Of a stretch of DNA of 64,000 nucleotides, positions 39,343 to 51,382 are shown one piece after another. Under the pieces are notes generated by a model. It did no database searches. It worked only from the letters and a program-made list of their open reading frames with translations, and was not told the origin of the DNA. The position numbers were made by a program, and so were the translations under genes. The first letter of the stretch is position 1, and every line of letters starts with the position of its first letter. This DNA is from Fistulifera solaris (lineage: Eukaryota). The DNA lies in the NCBI GenBank assembly GCA_030295235.1, contig AP026157.1, positions 186,001 through 250,000 on the forward strand, given 5' to 3'.

Positions 39343-42300
39343 TCAAACAAACGTGCGTCGGCCACAAGCGGATCGCAGACCAATGGTGGACATAGACGCT
39401 TCATCCGAAAATAAGGATACGTCAAGAAAGTTTGGTCGAGAGGGTTTCGTAGCTCCTTTAGCTTTTTGCTCGGCAAGATTGCGAAGCACAACCCGGCAAG
39501 TGCGCGACCATATATAGATTGCAATTGAGCACGATTGAGTCTTCATAGAGGGAAGTCCTTTCTTCTTGCGCCAAACTCTCATCTCTCGGGCGAGCTGTAT
39601 CTTACGTTGCTTCACGGCGTGTAGGAAGTCGACGCAGTCCTGTATACCAGTAGATTCCAAAAGTCGACCTGCCATTCTCGCAAAATACTCCTCAAAGCTG
39701 AAGGGTCGCTATCGGGAGGAAGCTGGTCTTCTCGTCGCTTGCCGCATGAGCAAGTGACCCCGATTTTCGGCAAGTAAAAGACGACGTATTCCTTTTTTGC
39801 AAAGACAGACGAAACGCCGCATTTACAAGGTGGATCGTCCTCTTTCATCTCCTTCATGTTGTCGATATAAACTTCTTTGTCGTCGTTTGATGGCAGAGGT
39901 GCCTCTGACATTGAAAAACACGAGCTCGCCAAACTATCAGCACAATCAACATTATCTTCAACGGCTTTTTCGAGAAGACGGATCAAAGTTTCTTTTGTGT
40001 ACTGTGCTCTTCGTCTTTCTCTTCACTTGGATTAGAATCACCCGCGACTACGTTGTTGTCCACATCTGTTGGCCGATCCTCTGAGGATGAGGACGTACTA
40101 GAAGGACTTTCAGTATCACTCGATCCTCGCATTTCAAGATCTTCTAAGCGCTTTTTCAAGCAGTCATTCTCTTCTCCTAACGAGGCTTCTTGGATTTTGA
40201 AACGCTCTTCGACTTTCGCCAACGTTGCTTTGAGATCTTCGTTCTCTTTTGTCAGTTGAACGTTCTTCTCCCGAACTTCGTCACATTGCTTCAAAATGTC
40301 ATCTACTTGAAGAGAGAAGGCTTTCTTGGTGGCCACCAATTCGATTTTCTGATCTTTTAACAACTTGTTTTCCGTGCTCACCCGTTTTAGCTCCGCCTCG
40401 ACTTCTTTTAGTCGTTCATCCTTCCACGTTGATGTGCTGATTACCTTCATCTCTACATCGCCGGGAATTTCGTCGCCTTCACTACGAGATCGGAAAATTT
40501 GAGGGAAGCTTTTATCGTCCCTCAAATTGGTGGCCATTAAATGGATGCGATGTTTCATTCGACTCACTTCTTTCTCGAGCTCGTCTCGCTTGCTCTCTTC
40601 GAGCTCAATCTGTGTCTTCAATGAATCTAGTTTGTTCAGCGAAGATCTCTCTAAGGATTCTAGTTCTGATCGCTTTTGATCTATCTGGTTAGAAAGAGCC
40701 ACGAGCTCTCTAGTGAGCTCTAGCTTCGGTCGAAGAACGTCGCCGCCTTCCATAGTGAGTTCCTGCAGAAGATTTCGACCAGTTTGCATCTCTGGTGGAT
40801 CAATGGAGACTGTTGGCTACGTCGCCAATGTAATAAATGAGAAAAACTGTAAAGCTTGAACAGCACGAAAATGCACGACATTACTCACCGTTCTAAATAT
40901 CTCCTTGGTATTTCCAGCACGTCGATCACGCCATCGACTAACCTGGTTTGCAACGTTCAAACAGCTTTCTCGTGTAGCCCTGGCTTCTTCCTTGGCGCGG
41001 CGGATCTTTTCCTCAATATGGGAGAGGTTAGTTGTTCCAGGATTCTCTTTGTTATCGGCAAGACGCTTACGGACTTCATTTAATTCGGCCCTCAAACGAT
41101 TGTTCTCGAGTTGCAACGCGTTGTCAGCCGGGGACATATTTGAGGGACGAACAGAGTTGCGTTTGACATGGTTCGCAATGGACCGCGATCTCTCTGCGTA
41201 CCGAAGGGTATTCATTGACTCATCATTATGACTGTCAGCCGGCGAAATGCAAGCAATTAGTAAAGTAAAGCAGTTGCCTTTGAAATTGTGGTGAGAAGAC
41301 ACTCAAAGTCAAGAAGGCGAATTCCAAAAGCTTGGCTTACCTCCCAAAGAGTCTTGTAGATATTCGGTCAGTTTGCTATCACGATACGGAATATGAACGG
41401 AAGTCGTTTCATTGGTGGACTTTTCCGCTAGCATCGACACAACTTTTCCCAACACAAACAAGTCCTTGTTGATATTGATTGACTCTTTCTGCTGCGATCC
41501 GACCACGCCCGACTTTTTGATCTGTTCCGAACCGGCCAAGTCCACCATCGTCAGCTTCGCGCTCATCGCCTCTTGAGCTCTATCGCGTGGTTCCATAGTC
41601 ACAATAAATGTATAAATAGCATGCGAGCGACTGGACTGGGTATTCATTTGGGTGGATCCGGTAGCGCGCCGTGTAGCAGCGACATGGACCAACTCATCAG
41701 CGTGTTCCCAAGAGTGAACTTTGAAATTCTGCGATCCTTCGATGGTGACTCCATGTCCATTTCCGTAGTTGCGCATTTTTAAAGACTCATCAGGTGCGTC
41801 AGATAGCAGATCGCGGAATTCTTCATTGAACAATTCCAAGCAGTTCATGGCAATGGTGATCTTATAATCCGCCTGGTACAGTTCTTGGCATCGAAACAAG
41901 TCGCTGATAGCACGACGCACGATCCCATCACTCGGTTGTAAAGGACCGGAAGTACCATTGTACATGGTGTGCGTTTTTCCGCTTCCGGTTTGTCCGTAAG
42001 CGAGGACTGTCATGTTGTATCCCTTGAAAATATTGTTTTCGATCGCATTCCCCAATGCCGTATGGTATAGCTGTGACTGCGTCGTGTCTGCAGGAAAGAC
42101 CGCATCAAAGTGGAACAGCCGGTTTGTGAGCAAAAGCTGTTTGGGAACACCAATTACATTACCCTGCTGCTTTAGGCTGGGCTGATCGGGGTGTTCACTC
42201 AAGGAAGGCGGACTTTTCAACCCAGGCTTGGTGGGGATGCGCGACTGTCGTCGACGTGGAGTGGGCGGCTGATCACCGAGTTGAAGATCACCTACCACTT

Positions 42301-42430
42301 TCAACTTGTGACAACGCTCTTTGTCTTTCAAAGGACGCACACGAACCATCACGCGGACATTACTGGCTTTAATTTCGTCGCACCGGACTGAATCGCCCGG
42401 TGAGGACTCGAATTTAGAAGAAGCACTCAT
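39343..42430 (-). CDS. N-terminal-motor kinesin (kinesin-4-like) with coiled-coil stalk and Cys-containing tail; introns 41278-41340 and 40817-40888
   Basis: [72 protein letters not shown]. Frameshifts near 39993-39996 and 39659-39662. Start codon tentative. Confidence 0.88.
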
Positions 42431-43313
42431 TGTCAAGCTGTTTTCTTTATTAACGACGACCTCTTTGTGTTTCGCTTGTGCTTTCTTATTGCTCGGGTGT
42501 CGCTTTGAGGGTTTTTGAGGTGACGACGAGGAACTGAAACAAAAATGAGCCAAGGCATGCTTACTTGTTATATAAACTACATTGCTATATAAGATATAAT
42601 TTTTATACTGGTGAGAAAAGTACTTTCCAAAAACACTTCAAAGTTAAGTATCAATCATTACTTAAACGTGTGATTTACCCGCGAAAGCCAGCCAGCTACA
42701 TAAACCGAGTATAGTATTTCGTACGACCCGCAAACACCACCCAAACTAGAGGGATTTTAAAAATGCTTCAGGAAACCTCATGACGAAAATTCGGGAATAT
42801 TTTCGAGAATCGTTGAGGAAGGATAAGTTTGATATTTGAAAATCAGAAGCTTGGTGGCAAGAATGTCTTGGACGTAAAAAAAACGAAAGGCCAACGTGTT
42901 TATTGATCAACAGTTCGTGGGTCAATGTTTTGTGAAACAAAACGCTCCATCCTCACTCGTCATGATAGCAACAGCTAAAAAACTTTTAATGATTTTGTTG
43001 AAAGTCAAACATATTTGTGTACTTTTCTGTTTTTTTTTGCAGAGATACAGTGGCTGTCGGCGGTATGGAACGTCCAACTATATCTGAATGGCTAGCCAAG
43101 AGAGGTGACAGGATTTTAAAAAACGAAGAAGTGTAGTAGGGCATACTAAGGATGCCAATACAGTGAAAGAGTCACACTCGAAGCTTTTCTTTGCAACGCA
43201 CCAAGGAAACGACTCATTTTACCATCTGATCTACTAGTCAAGACAGCACATATTATAGATTATAGCTTGATTTAATTGGTTGCTTACTAAGAAGAAACTA
43301 CGAGCGAGGGGCG

Positions 43314-43520
43314 TTATGCCTCCGGGTCAACCCATCGTATGTATTCTTCGCCGACGGGTGCCATCCAGGTGACAGTATTATTGGCGGTATCCTCGTAGTA
43401 AAACATACCGTAGGCGTCTTGGTGCTGTATCCATCGAACGGAGACTTCGGTTTCGAATTGATTTTCAGCGCGCGACTTGCTTTGCATGCCCCATAAGAAA
43501 AGAATCGGCAAAGTGCGCAT
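43314..43520 (-). CDS. Small WW-domain protein (68 aa, or last exon of a longer gene)
   Basis: WIQHQDAYGMFYYEDTANNTVTWMAP fits the WW pattern W-x7-G-x2-YY-x8-T-W-x2-P. Confidence 0.6.
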   Translation of the reverse strand: MRTLPILFLWGMQSKSRAENQFETEVSVRWIQHQDAYGMFYYEDTANNTVTWMAPVGEEYIRWVDPEA

Positions 43521-44168
43521 GGTGTTGTGGTTGTTGCAAAGTGTTCCTTGTTTGTGAAATGAAGACCTTTTGCCCGCTCACAAGATAGCGAATGAAATTG
43601 GACAAGCCTTCGTTTTGTGAGCATTGTGTTGGAAGAGCAACCAAAGAAAGAGATCAGTTTTCAATGAATAGTTTGCAACAGAGTGAAAACTGGTCCTGTT
43701 CTTTTTGCAAATAAATTATATTCGCGGGGACCAGTTTTTTCGTGTAAAAATGGAACGAACGCGGTCCGACACGATAACGTATGCATAGTTCGTACTCAGT
43801 ACCGGTGCGAATATTTCACGTTAGACTCATTTTTCTTGGCTCGTATTGTTGAAAGCGAATGCACAATGCACCATGGCAGATCAAAAAAAATTACCCTAAT
43901 GTTGAACGTTCCATTTCAGTGAGTAGCCGCCGACTTGACGCCCTTGATGACTGCGGCTATCTCGATTGTAGACGGGGCGCGATTACTCTTCTCAAAAGTT
44001 GCCGTTGACTTCTGTGAAGGACAACCTCACGATGCGAGTGGGCCGGTCGCAGGCTGATAAAGTGCAAAGCAATTCCGCCAATGAGAGTCGATAGCCGCGT
44101 ATTGGCACGTTGGATAAGTTCTTTTCAGCACAAAGAATCACCTCATTTCAAATCGCTGCTGCACCCTA

Positions 44169-45156
44169 TCATGGTGATCGATATGCAACAATATTGTCCA
44201 GCATGCGATCCACTTGACCCGAAGTGAACACGTACAGACAATCATCGAAGGAATAGTTCATAAAATTGAAAACAGGATCCAGTCCACCACCGATGCAAGT
44301 ATCCCTCTGCTGACTGGGGTCACACCCTTGATTAGGAATGCGTTCCGGCTCGGTATCGGTCACCCCGTCGCCACCGAAGCATCCATTTTGAAACGTATGA
44401 AACAGACCCAGCCAGTGTCCTACTTCATGTACGAGCGTATCGCCTTCATTGTAGTTGGAAAACGATCCGCCACGGAGACTTTCCGTGTGAAGTACGACTC
44501 CGTCGAGGACCGGAGCGTCTGGGTAGTCCCAGGGAAACGTGGCATACCCCAGTATTTCGATATTGTTGTAGAGTAGCGGGTAGACCAGATAAACATTCAA
44601 AACACGTTCGTTTCCGATTCGGAATTTGGCTTTCATGGAGCGATGAGATACATTTCGAGACCATCGACGCGAGTGCAGGCGATACCACGGCAAAAAAGCG
44701 ATCCCGTTTTTGCGGTCGAGTGATGCATGCTTGGGGATCGGATGTGGAGTTGGTCGTCCCTATCACTTTAGAGCGATGACGTTGGTCGGATATAGTGGCC
44801 AGGGCAAATGAAATGCCGGTCTCCACCGAGCAAGTGCCGGCCGTACACCAATCGAACGACGGATCACAACACGAAGCCGCCGTGAAGGCTCGATTCAAGC
44901 TGTCCAATTCGTTTTGTAAATCTTCATTGGTGATGGGCCGCTGGAGATGGCGCTCTAACTGCGGCACATGGAAACATACTGGAATGACTTGACTGTTACT
45001 CGTCGATTGGCGGTACTCGTGCGCCGCAGCCGCGGCCTTATAATCATCCAAGTCGGGTAGACGAGTACCACATCGTTCGACAGCATCCGATAGATACGCA
45101 GAAAGACCAAGAAGAACACATGTTGAGAACAAGGATCTCATTGTCATCGTCAACAT
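44169..45156 (-). CDS. Secreted M43 (pappalysin/ulilysin-like) zinc metalloprotease
   Basis: Signal peptide, propeptide RCGT Cys-switch-like motif, IPVCFHV, LGYATFP, YNEGDTLVHEVGHWLGLFHTF, Met-turn NFMNYSFDDC. Frameshift at A6 44692-44697. Confidence 0.9.
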
Positions 45157-45168
45157 ATACTGTCGTTC

Positions 45169-45232
45169 TATTTTCTATAGACTAGTCTACGGAGTAAAAA
45201 ATATTTTCTATTCTAGTCTACGGAGTAAAAAA
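45169..45232. repeat. Tandem duplication of ~32 bp in the M43/S8 divergent intergenic region
   Basis: tattttctat(aga/t)ctagtctacggagtaaaaaa at 45169-45201 and 45202-45232. Confidence 0.85.
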
Positions 45233-45423
45233 GACGCACAACTTCCTTTCGGGTGGATGTCTGACGACTGACAGGCGCTCGCGCGCATCGATCGGATTAT
45301 GATGACGTCACTTATTTCAACGGCCGCGCGCTTGCACAAATTCCAAACACTCAACGGCTCATTTTTTGGCAGATCCTACCATAACGACGAGACGTCCTCT
45401 CACATTCGTTTTTTTCTCCCACC

Positions 45424-46622
45424 ATGAAAGTATGGTTCTTCTTCACCCTTTGGGGTGCGCTCTCTATTCTTATTCAAGCTAATGAGAATGTCATTCCCGA
45501 TCAATACATAGTTGTCTTGGACGATCATTTCGACACGATTGTCACACGCATACGGCTCTTCTTGGCGAACGAGAAACGACCAAAACTGCTCCGTGAATAT
45601 CGGCGGGGTATCGTCGTTTCGGGATTGTCGGGGAAGTGGCCGAGCGATGGGCTCGAGATCCGGCCGTTCTATCGATTTTTCCGGTAAGTTGTTGTGGTTG
45701 TTGCTGTTGGGTGAATGGATGGGAGAAATAACTCACATTCGAGTAGGACATGAAATTCTTTGCTGCCTCAACGACACAAATCAACCCACCCTCCTGGGGA
45801 TTGGACCGTATTGATCAACCCAGTCGGCGACTGGACTCCAGTTACACGTACGAATGGACGGGACGCGGTGTACAGGTATACGTTTTGGATTCCGGCATTC
45901 AAGCCTCGCACGTGGATTTCCACGACCGCGTCATCTGTGGATTGAGTACGATTCCGGAGGGAGATTCGTGTGTGGATGGCTTTGGTCACGGAACTCATGT
46001 GGCGGGAATCGTGGGTGGAACGCAATACGGTGTCGCCAAAGAAGTGGATTTGGTCAGTGTCCAAGTACTCAATGAAAACGGCGAAGGTTCCTTATCGGGC
46101 ATGCTGCTCGCACTCGATTATGTCATGGACCAAAAAGCGGCATTTCCAGACACACCCATGGTAATCAATTTTTCATTGAGTGGTTCGCACCATCCACTAC
46201 TCGATGAAGCTATTGAACAAGCCGTGCAAGCGAATATAACTGTCGTGGCAGCCGCAGGCAATCACAATCAACCGGCGTGTCAGTATTCACCGGGATCCGC
46301 CGCCAGTGCCATTACGGTCGGAGCCACCAATGAATACGATTATCGTTTGTCCTTTTCGAATTACGGAGCCTGTGTCGATCTTCTTGCCCCGGGTGTTGAC
46401 ATTGTCTCCGCCGATAGTCGATCCGATACCGGAGAACGAACCGAGACGGGCACCAGTCAAGCGGCACCGCACGTCGCCGGCGTGGCGGCGCTGTATCTAC
46501 AAACCCATCCGAAGTGGACACCCGCGACAGTGCGAGAAGCCATACTGGAAAAGGCCGTCGATCGATTACAAGGCGTGAGGGCCGGAAATTCCACGACATT
46601 GATTTTGCAGACACCGCTGTAG
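45424..46622 (+). CDS. Secreted subtilisin (S8A, proteinase K/aqualysin-like) with I9 prodomain; intron 45684-45746
   Basis: Signal peptide, IPDQYIVVL prodomain, WGLDRIDQ, catalytic LDSG / HGTHVAG / GTSQAAPHVAG, AAGN. Frameshift at G4 45630-45633. Confidence 0.92.
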
Positions 46623-47057
46623 TTTTGGGAAAAAGATGAAGAAATTATGATGAATATGATTAGACAACTGTACATAGTGAGAATCGATTGTTCACGGAGT
46701 TTGTTTTTTACTTGCATGCGGAAAGAGAAAAGTGAAAACGTGAAGGCCGTAATGGGCAATGAATGGCGTCATGGATCCTGAGTGTCACGTCTGAGTCACG
46801 TTTGAGATTTGAGATGGATCTTGCTCTTGCATCTTGCCGCTACAGTAACCGGTCATCCGGTCATAGGTCTTCCGATTTTGATGTACCTCAATGACTTCTT
46901 CGACTCTACAAGAACAAGTCTTGAAATGTCTCCAAGTACCCCAAATAAGTGAAGGGTCATCGTTCGTTCATTCATCCTCATCTCATTCCAAGCAGAACAA
47001 AGAATATCATTTATTTCACCATTATAGTCGTTCTTTTTTTTCTATTTCTTCATAATC

Positions 47058-47507
47058 ATGCGCCTTTTATCCTTCCTTTCTCTATTCCTTAGCACAAGTA
47101 GGGCACTGGAATGCAACATTTGTGGTTCCGGCAATCGCATGACCGAACAACTCGGTGTTGTAACACTCGAATACGAAGGAGCCCAATACAAACAAAATTG
47201 TGAAAAATGGCAAGACTCTTTGTTGATTTCAGAAGAATGGTGTGAACAATACATGGTCGAATACACGTACGATATTTGCAAATGTGTGTTACCGGACGGC
47301 ACCTTGCTCAAAGACAGCATCGTCTTTCCGACAGCGAGTCCGGCACCGACGTTTGCCGATCCTTTGGACAACAGTCCACCCGGTGGGGATGTGCAGCCGG
47401 TTTCGTTGAATACGACGAACGGTGGAGAAGGATCTTCATCGTGGTCTCGACCACGCGAGTCGGTGGTGTTCGGAATGATGGCCGGGCTAATTTTGACAAT
47501 GGTGTGA
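47058..47507 (+). CDS. Small Cys-rich cell-surface protein, probably GPI-anchored
   Basis: Signal peptide, CNICG...NC...WC...ICKC, PTASPAPT linker, GSSS followed by a hydrophobic C-terminus. Confidence 0.75.
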   Translation: MRLLSFLSLFLSTSRALECNICGSGNRMTEQLGVVTLEYEGAQYKQNCEKWQDSLLISEEWCEQYMVEYTYDICKCVLPDGTLLKDSIVFPTASPAPTFADPLDNSPPGGDVQPVSLNTTNGGEGSSSWSRPRESVVFGMMAGLILTMV

Positions 47508-47900
47508 GAATTAAACTAAGATTGAATATTACCCTGAGAGCATGATCTTATCCAAGAGAATCTTTTAAAAAGAAAGAAAAAATAGGATCAATTTTAATAA
47601 ATGTTGTTATAATGGCTACATCATTGTAGAATAGGTACTTTCAGGTTCGTTTTTTCAATGATTCTTTCTTATGTGACGAGTCCGCCATGCCCGAATCGAA
47701 GAACAAGACGCAAGTGATCCCTTCTTGCTGTATATACTCAATTTTCAGACACAACACTCCGTAATGGTGAGTTCGGGGGCAACTTCTGGTCAATAGCTGT
47801 CGCAAAAAAGAGCCTCCGTGAAGGCTATATCAGGACTCCCGCGAGACTCCCCGATGGACAACTACTGGAGTGTCTTCTGTCTTTGAAACGCATTTTTATT

Positions 47901-48767
47901 TCAATTGGACGACGAGTCAAACGACAATTTATGCACCATCACCGGCCCCGGTTCCAAACTCACACACGCCAAGAGTGGACCATGGAAAGCGACTTCTTCC
48001 GCAGGTTTGCTGGGTACCGTGCCGACGAGTTGCGTTCCTTGGAACACATCGATACCGGGATCCGGTCCCGCCACCGCGATGTGGCCGTTCGAGCCGGCAA
48101 TGGACGAAATGTACTTGGTGCGTCGGGGCGGTTGTTGTTGCGGTGTGGCACTTTGGATGCAAGTCATGGTGGGGGCGTCCCAAAACAGCACCGTCGTATC
48201 GGCTCCTCCCGTCACGAAATGATCCTGGGTCGCATACGCCGCATAAATCCCTCCCGTATGCGCCGCCAGTTGCCACACTTTGTCAAAGGATGGTGTATTC
48301 CAGACGTGCAACGTGCCTCGATCGTCGCCCATGATCAAATAATTTTCATGCCACACCACACATTCGGCACCTTGATCGGGTATTTGTAAGACTGGCGAAG
48401 ATCCCTTCCGGGTATCATACACTTGCAGTTGACGAGAGCGATCCGTCACGGCCAAATACGTGTCGTGCCATTCCATCGACCGGGCCGGTGTGGGGATGGG
48501 CAGTTCCGCTGTCGGTGTCGCCGGAGTCCGGACATCCCACAATTGCAGAGACGCGGAGGCGGTGGCCAATTGAGAAAATGACGGAGAAAAACGGACTTTC
48601 CGAACGGGTGCCGCACACGACAGGGTCGTTGTTTCGATGCCTTCTGTCGAGAAAAGACGCGTTTTACTGTCGTGACATCCGATGGCCCACTGTTTCTCGC
48701 AAGAGTAATCGATGCTCGAATGCAACAATCGTGCGGAACCCATTTCGGTCGATTGTGTGACTTGCAT
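47901..48767 (-). CDS. WD40-repeat protein, resembles THO complex subunit 3 (TEX1)
   Basis: VRKVRFSP...LQLWD, LQVYD, GDDRGTLHVWN, AHTGGIY...VTGGADTTVLFWDAPTMTC, RRTKYISSI...GIDVF. 5' end uncertain (possible upstream exon); the THOC3 assignment is tentative. Confidence 0.7.
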   Translation of the reverse strand: MQVTQSTEMGSARLLHSSIDYSCEKQWAIGCHDSKTRLFSTEGIETTTLSCAAPVRKVRFSPSFSQLATASASLQLWDVRTPATPTAELPIPTPARSMEWHDTYLAVTDRSRQLQVYDTRKGSSPVLQIPDQGAECVVWHENYLIMGDDRGTLHVWNTPSFDKVWQLAAHTGGIYAAYATQDHFVTGGADTTVLFWDAPTMTCIQSATPQQQPPRRTKYISSIAGSNGHIAVAGPDPGIDVFQGTQLVGTVPSKPAEEVAFHGPLLACVSLEPGPVMVHKLSFDSSSN

Positions 48768-49131
48768 GTTAATGGTGAGTAGAGACAGCAGAAGATTCGA
48801 GTGGTCAATTGGCTTACTTATGTGTAAATGAATGAAAATCATCAACCGTGGTATTAGATAATAATGGAGAGGCGGCGCGGAGTCCAGATATGTCCCAAAA
48901 GGGGACGCAAATAATGAACAGTAAAAAATAATGTAGGTCGATTAGAGTACCGGTACGACCGCAACATAATTTGGCATAAATCTTTTTGAAAAGAATTTTT
49001 GCCACCATGACGATGAGGACACGACAACGACGATAAAAAAAAAGTTCCTCGAGTACTAGAGAGAAAGAGACCCTGTGTAGACAACAGTCAACGCTTTCTT
49101 TGACTAACAGTACCACCGCTCGCTACAAAAT

Positions 49132-50462
49132 ATGAGAGGCAATCCAACGATCAGTGATCGAGAATTCGATCAACGCGTCAAACAAGTCATTCGGAGTCAT
49201 TTTCACATGATTTCCAGTTCGGCCGATCATCAACAATCGGAAGAAGCTTATCATGCGGGAAAGTTTCAATTACCGAATCCGGCCGGCAAAGCCGGTGGAG
49301 CTTGTACTTCGGCATTTTTACAAGCCATGTATCAACGAGGCGAAGGAGCGAATTGGGTCGAGACCTTACAAGAAATGCACGACATTTTACAAGGAATGGG
49401 ATACGCACAAACCCCACAATTGACGAGCAGTCGACTCATTGATGTCCGGAAACCACTGCAAATTGTTCCAGCAGGGTCCGGACGACGTCGCGCTCTATTA
49501 ATTGGGATCAATTATGTCGGTCAAGAAGGACAACTCACGGCGTGTCACAATGATGTTCACAATATTCGAGAATTTTTGACCGAAGTGTACGGTTTCAAGG
49601 AAAGTGAAATGCTGATACTGATGGACGATGCCCGTCACAATCCTCCAACCCGACGGAATATTGAAGATGCCATGATTCGATTGACCCGTTATTCGCAACC
49701 GAACGATGTGGCCTTTGTCAGTTTCAGTGGGCATGGTGGCAACACGCGAGATACGAGTGGAGATGAAGCGGATGGCATGGACGAAACGTACGTGTTGAAC
49801 AAAGCTTGAAAAGATGTGCATGGTTGTTTCTGTTTCACTGACACAGTCTTCACTTTTTGTTGGCACAGACTGATTCCAGTGGATTTCAGAACGGAAGGAC
49901 ACATAGTGGATGGTAAGTCGACTTGCAGTGAGTCACTCATTGCAAATACAAGGTACGCTCGATAACATCGTTTCATATTTCAATACAAAGACGACATTTT
50001 ACGGTTACTGGTCAAACCCATGATGACCGATGTGCACGTGACGGTCTTGATGGATTGTTGTCACTCGGGGACCGTCTTGGATTTACCCTACAAATTTGGT
50101 GCCAACGATACGCGGGTGCAACGGGAGTCGGGCTTTAATTTGGACCAAGTGCATGAATCGCAGCTGACAGTCGGTAGTTATCATGCTCCCGGAACCGTTC
50201 TCAGTAGTTGGAGTCTGCATGGAGACAAGGAGAAGCCGCCGAAAGAAGAAAAGAAGAGTCCGAAAAAGTCCAAGAAGAAGAAGAAAGCCGCCACTTTCCA
50301 GCCGAAAAGAAGAAGAACAAGGACATGACAAAGGTGGAGGAAAACGAACAGCAGGAGGTCGGACCGAAAATGGTGGGAGGACAAGCAGCACTGCCGGTTC
50401 GTCGCGCCAGTAAGAAGAGTGCAGCGCCCGCACCGGGTGATAAAAAGTGTTCGGTCATGTAG
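49132..50462 (+). CDS. Type III (p10-p20 permuted) metacaspase with polybasic + CaaX tail; introns 49788-49868 and 49913-49990
   Basis: p10 motifs come first ([19 protein letters not shown]), then p20 ([45 protein letters not shown]). The tail to ...KKCSVM* needs one added A at 50305-50308. Confidence 0.9.
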
Positions 50463-50741
50463 TGTCTAACAAACGATAACATCTCTCATAACATCCAGTT
50501 CGACGATTGCTGTGCAGGTTTACTGAGTGTAAGAGCGCTTTGATCACAGATTAGGGGCTATAAACTAGAGTAAGAGCAGACAGACAGACATTTAGCTGCT
50601 TAGCACATATCAATTTACAAGTCTTAACTAAAAGGAAAGGGCCACCTTTGACACACGATTGACAATAACGTTCGTTCAACAAAAGACCACGAAGGCAAAT
50701 GATAACACACCATTGCCCTCGCTACAACTAAAAATAAGCAA

Positions 50742-51382
50742 TCAGTAGGATTTCTTTCTGTCGCGGGTATCTCGCATTGTAAACGCGACCTTTTCAAGAG
50801 CGACTTCTTCATCGACGTTGTACCACGTTGTATCTCCTACTCTCCGCTTCAAAAAGCGCCCACCCTTGCAAGCGATTTCATCAATAATTCTCTTTTTGAC
50901 TATCGTTTTCACCTCGCGGTCTCCTGTTTCGTATTCATCCCGATAGGTATCGCAGAGCGCGCGAAGATGAACGTTTCCTGGATGAAATCTTTGAGCATCG
51001 CGACGTCCAAATAACACATCGGCATCTAGAGGGTCTACTATGTCCAAGGGTCTTTGCTTCTTCCGATTGCTATCCCCATCCGAGTCCAGTGGTTGTCCAG
51101 CATTGCCCTGTAGATTGTGCTTTCTCTTTTCGTTTCACCGGCTGCTTGATTTCGAGCTTCCACCGACTCCGTGTACCGCTTTAACACATCTTGAATCAGT
51201 TTTTTGTCTGCATTAGAAGAATCGTCACTAGGTTTCGTCAATGACACTGATAATTCAGGGTTGGAAGATATTACTTCCGCTGCATTTTGTCCTTTCGAAT
51301 TGCTGGCCAGTCCACCGCTCTCATCTTCGAGAGACTTTTTAGCTTCTTCATCGCCAGCCACTTTCCTTGTTTCGTCCTCCAT
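50742..51382 (-). CDS. DUF6824-like domain protein
   Basis: DVLFGRR...FHPGNVHLRALC...K.IV..II..I...GGRFLK...W..V......KV..TMRD. Joined to the upstream ORF by one added base at C4 51074-51077. Confidence 0.75.
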
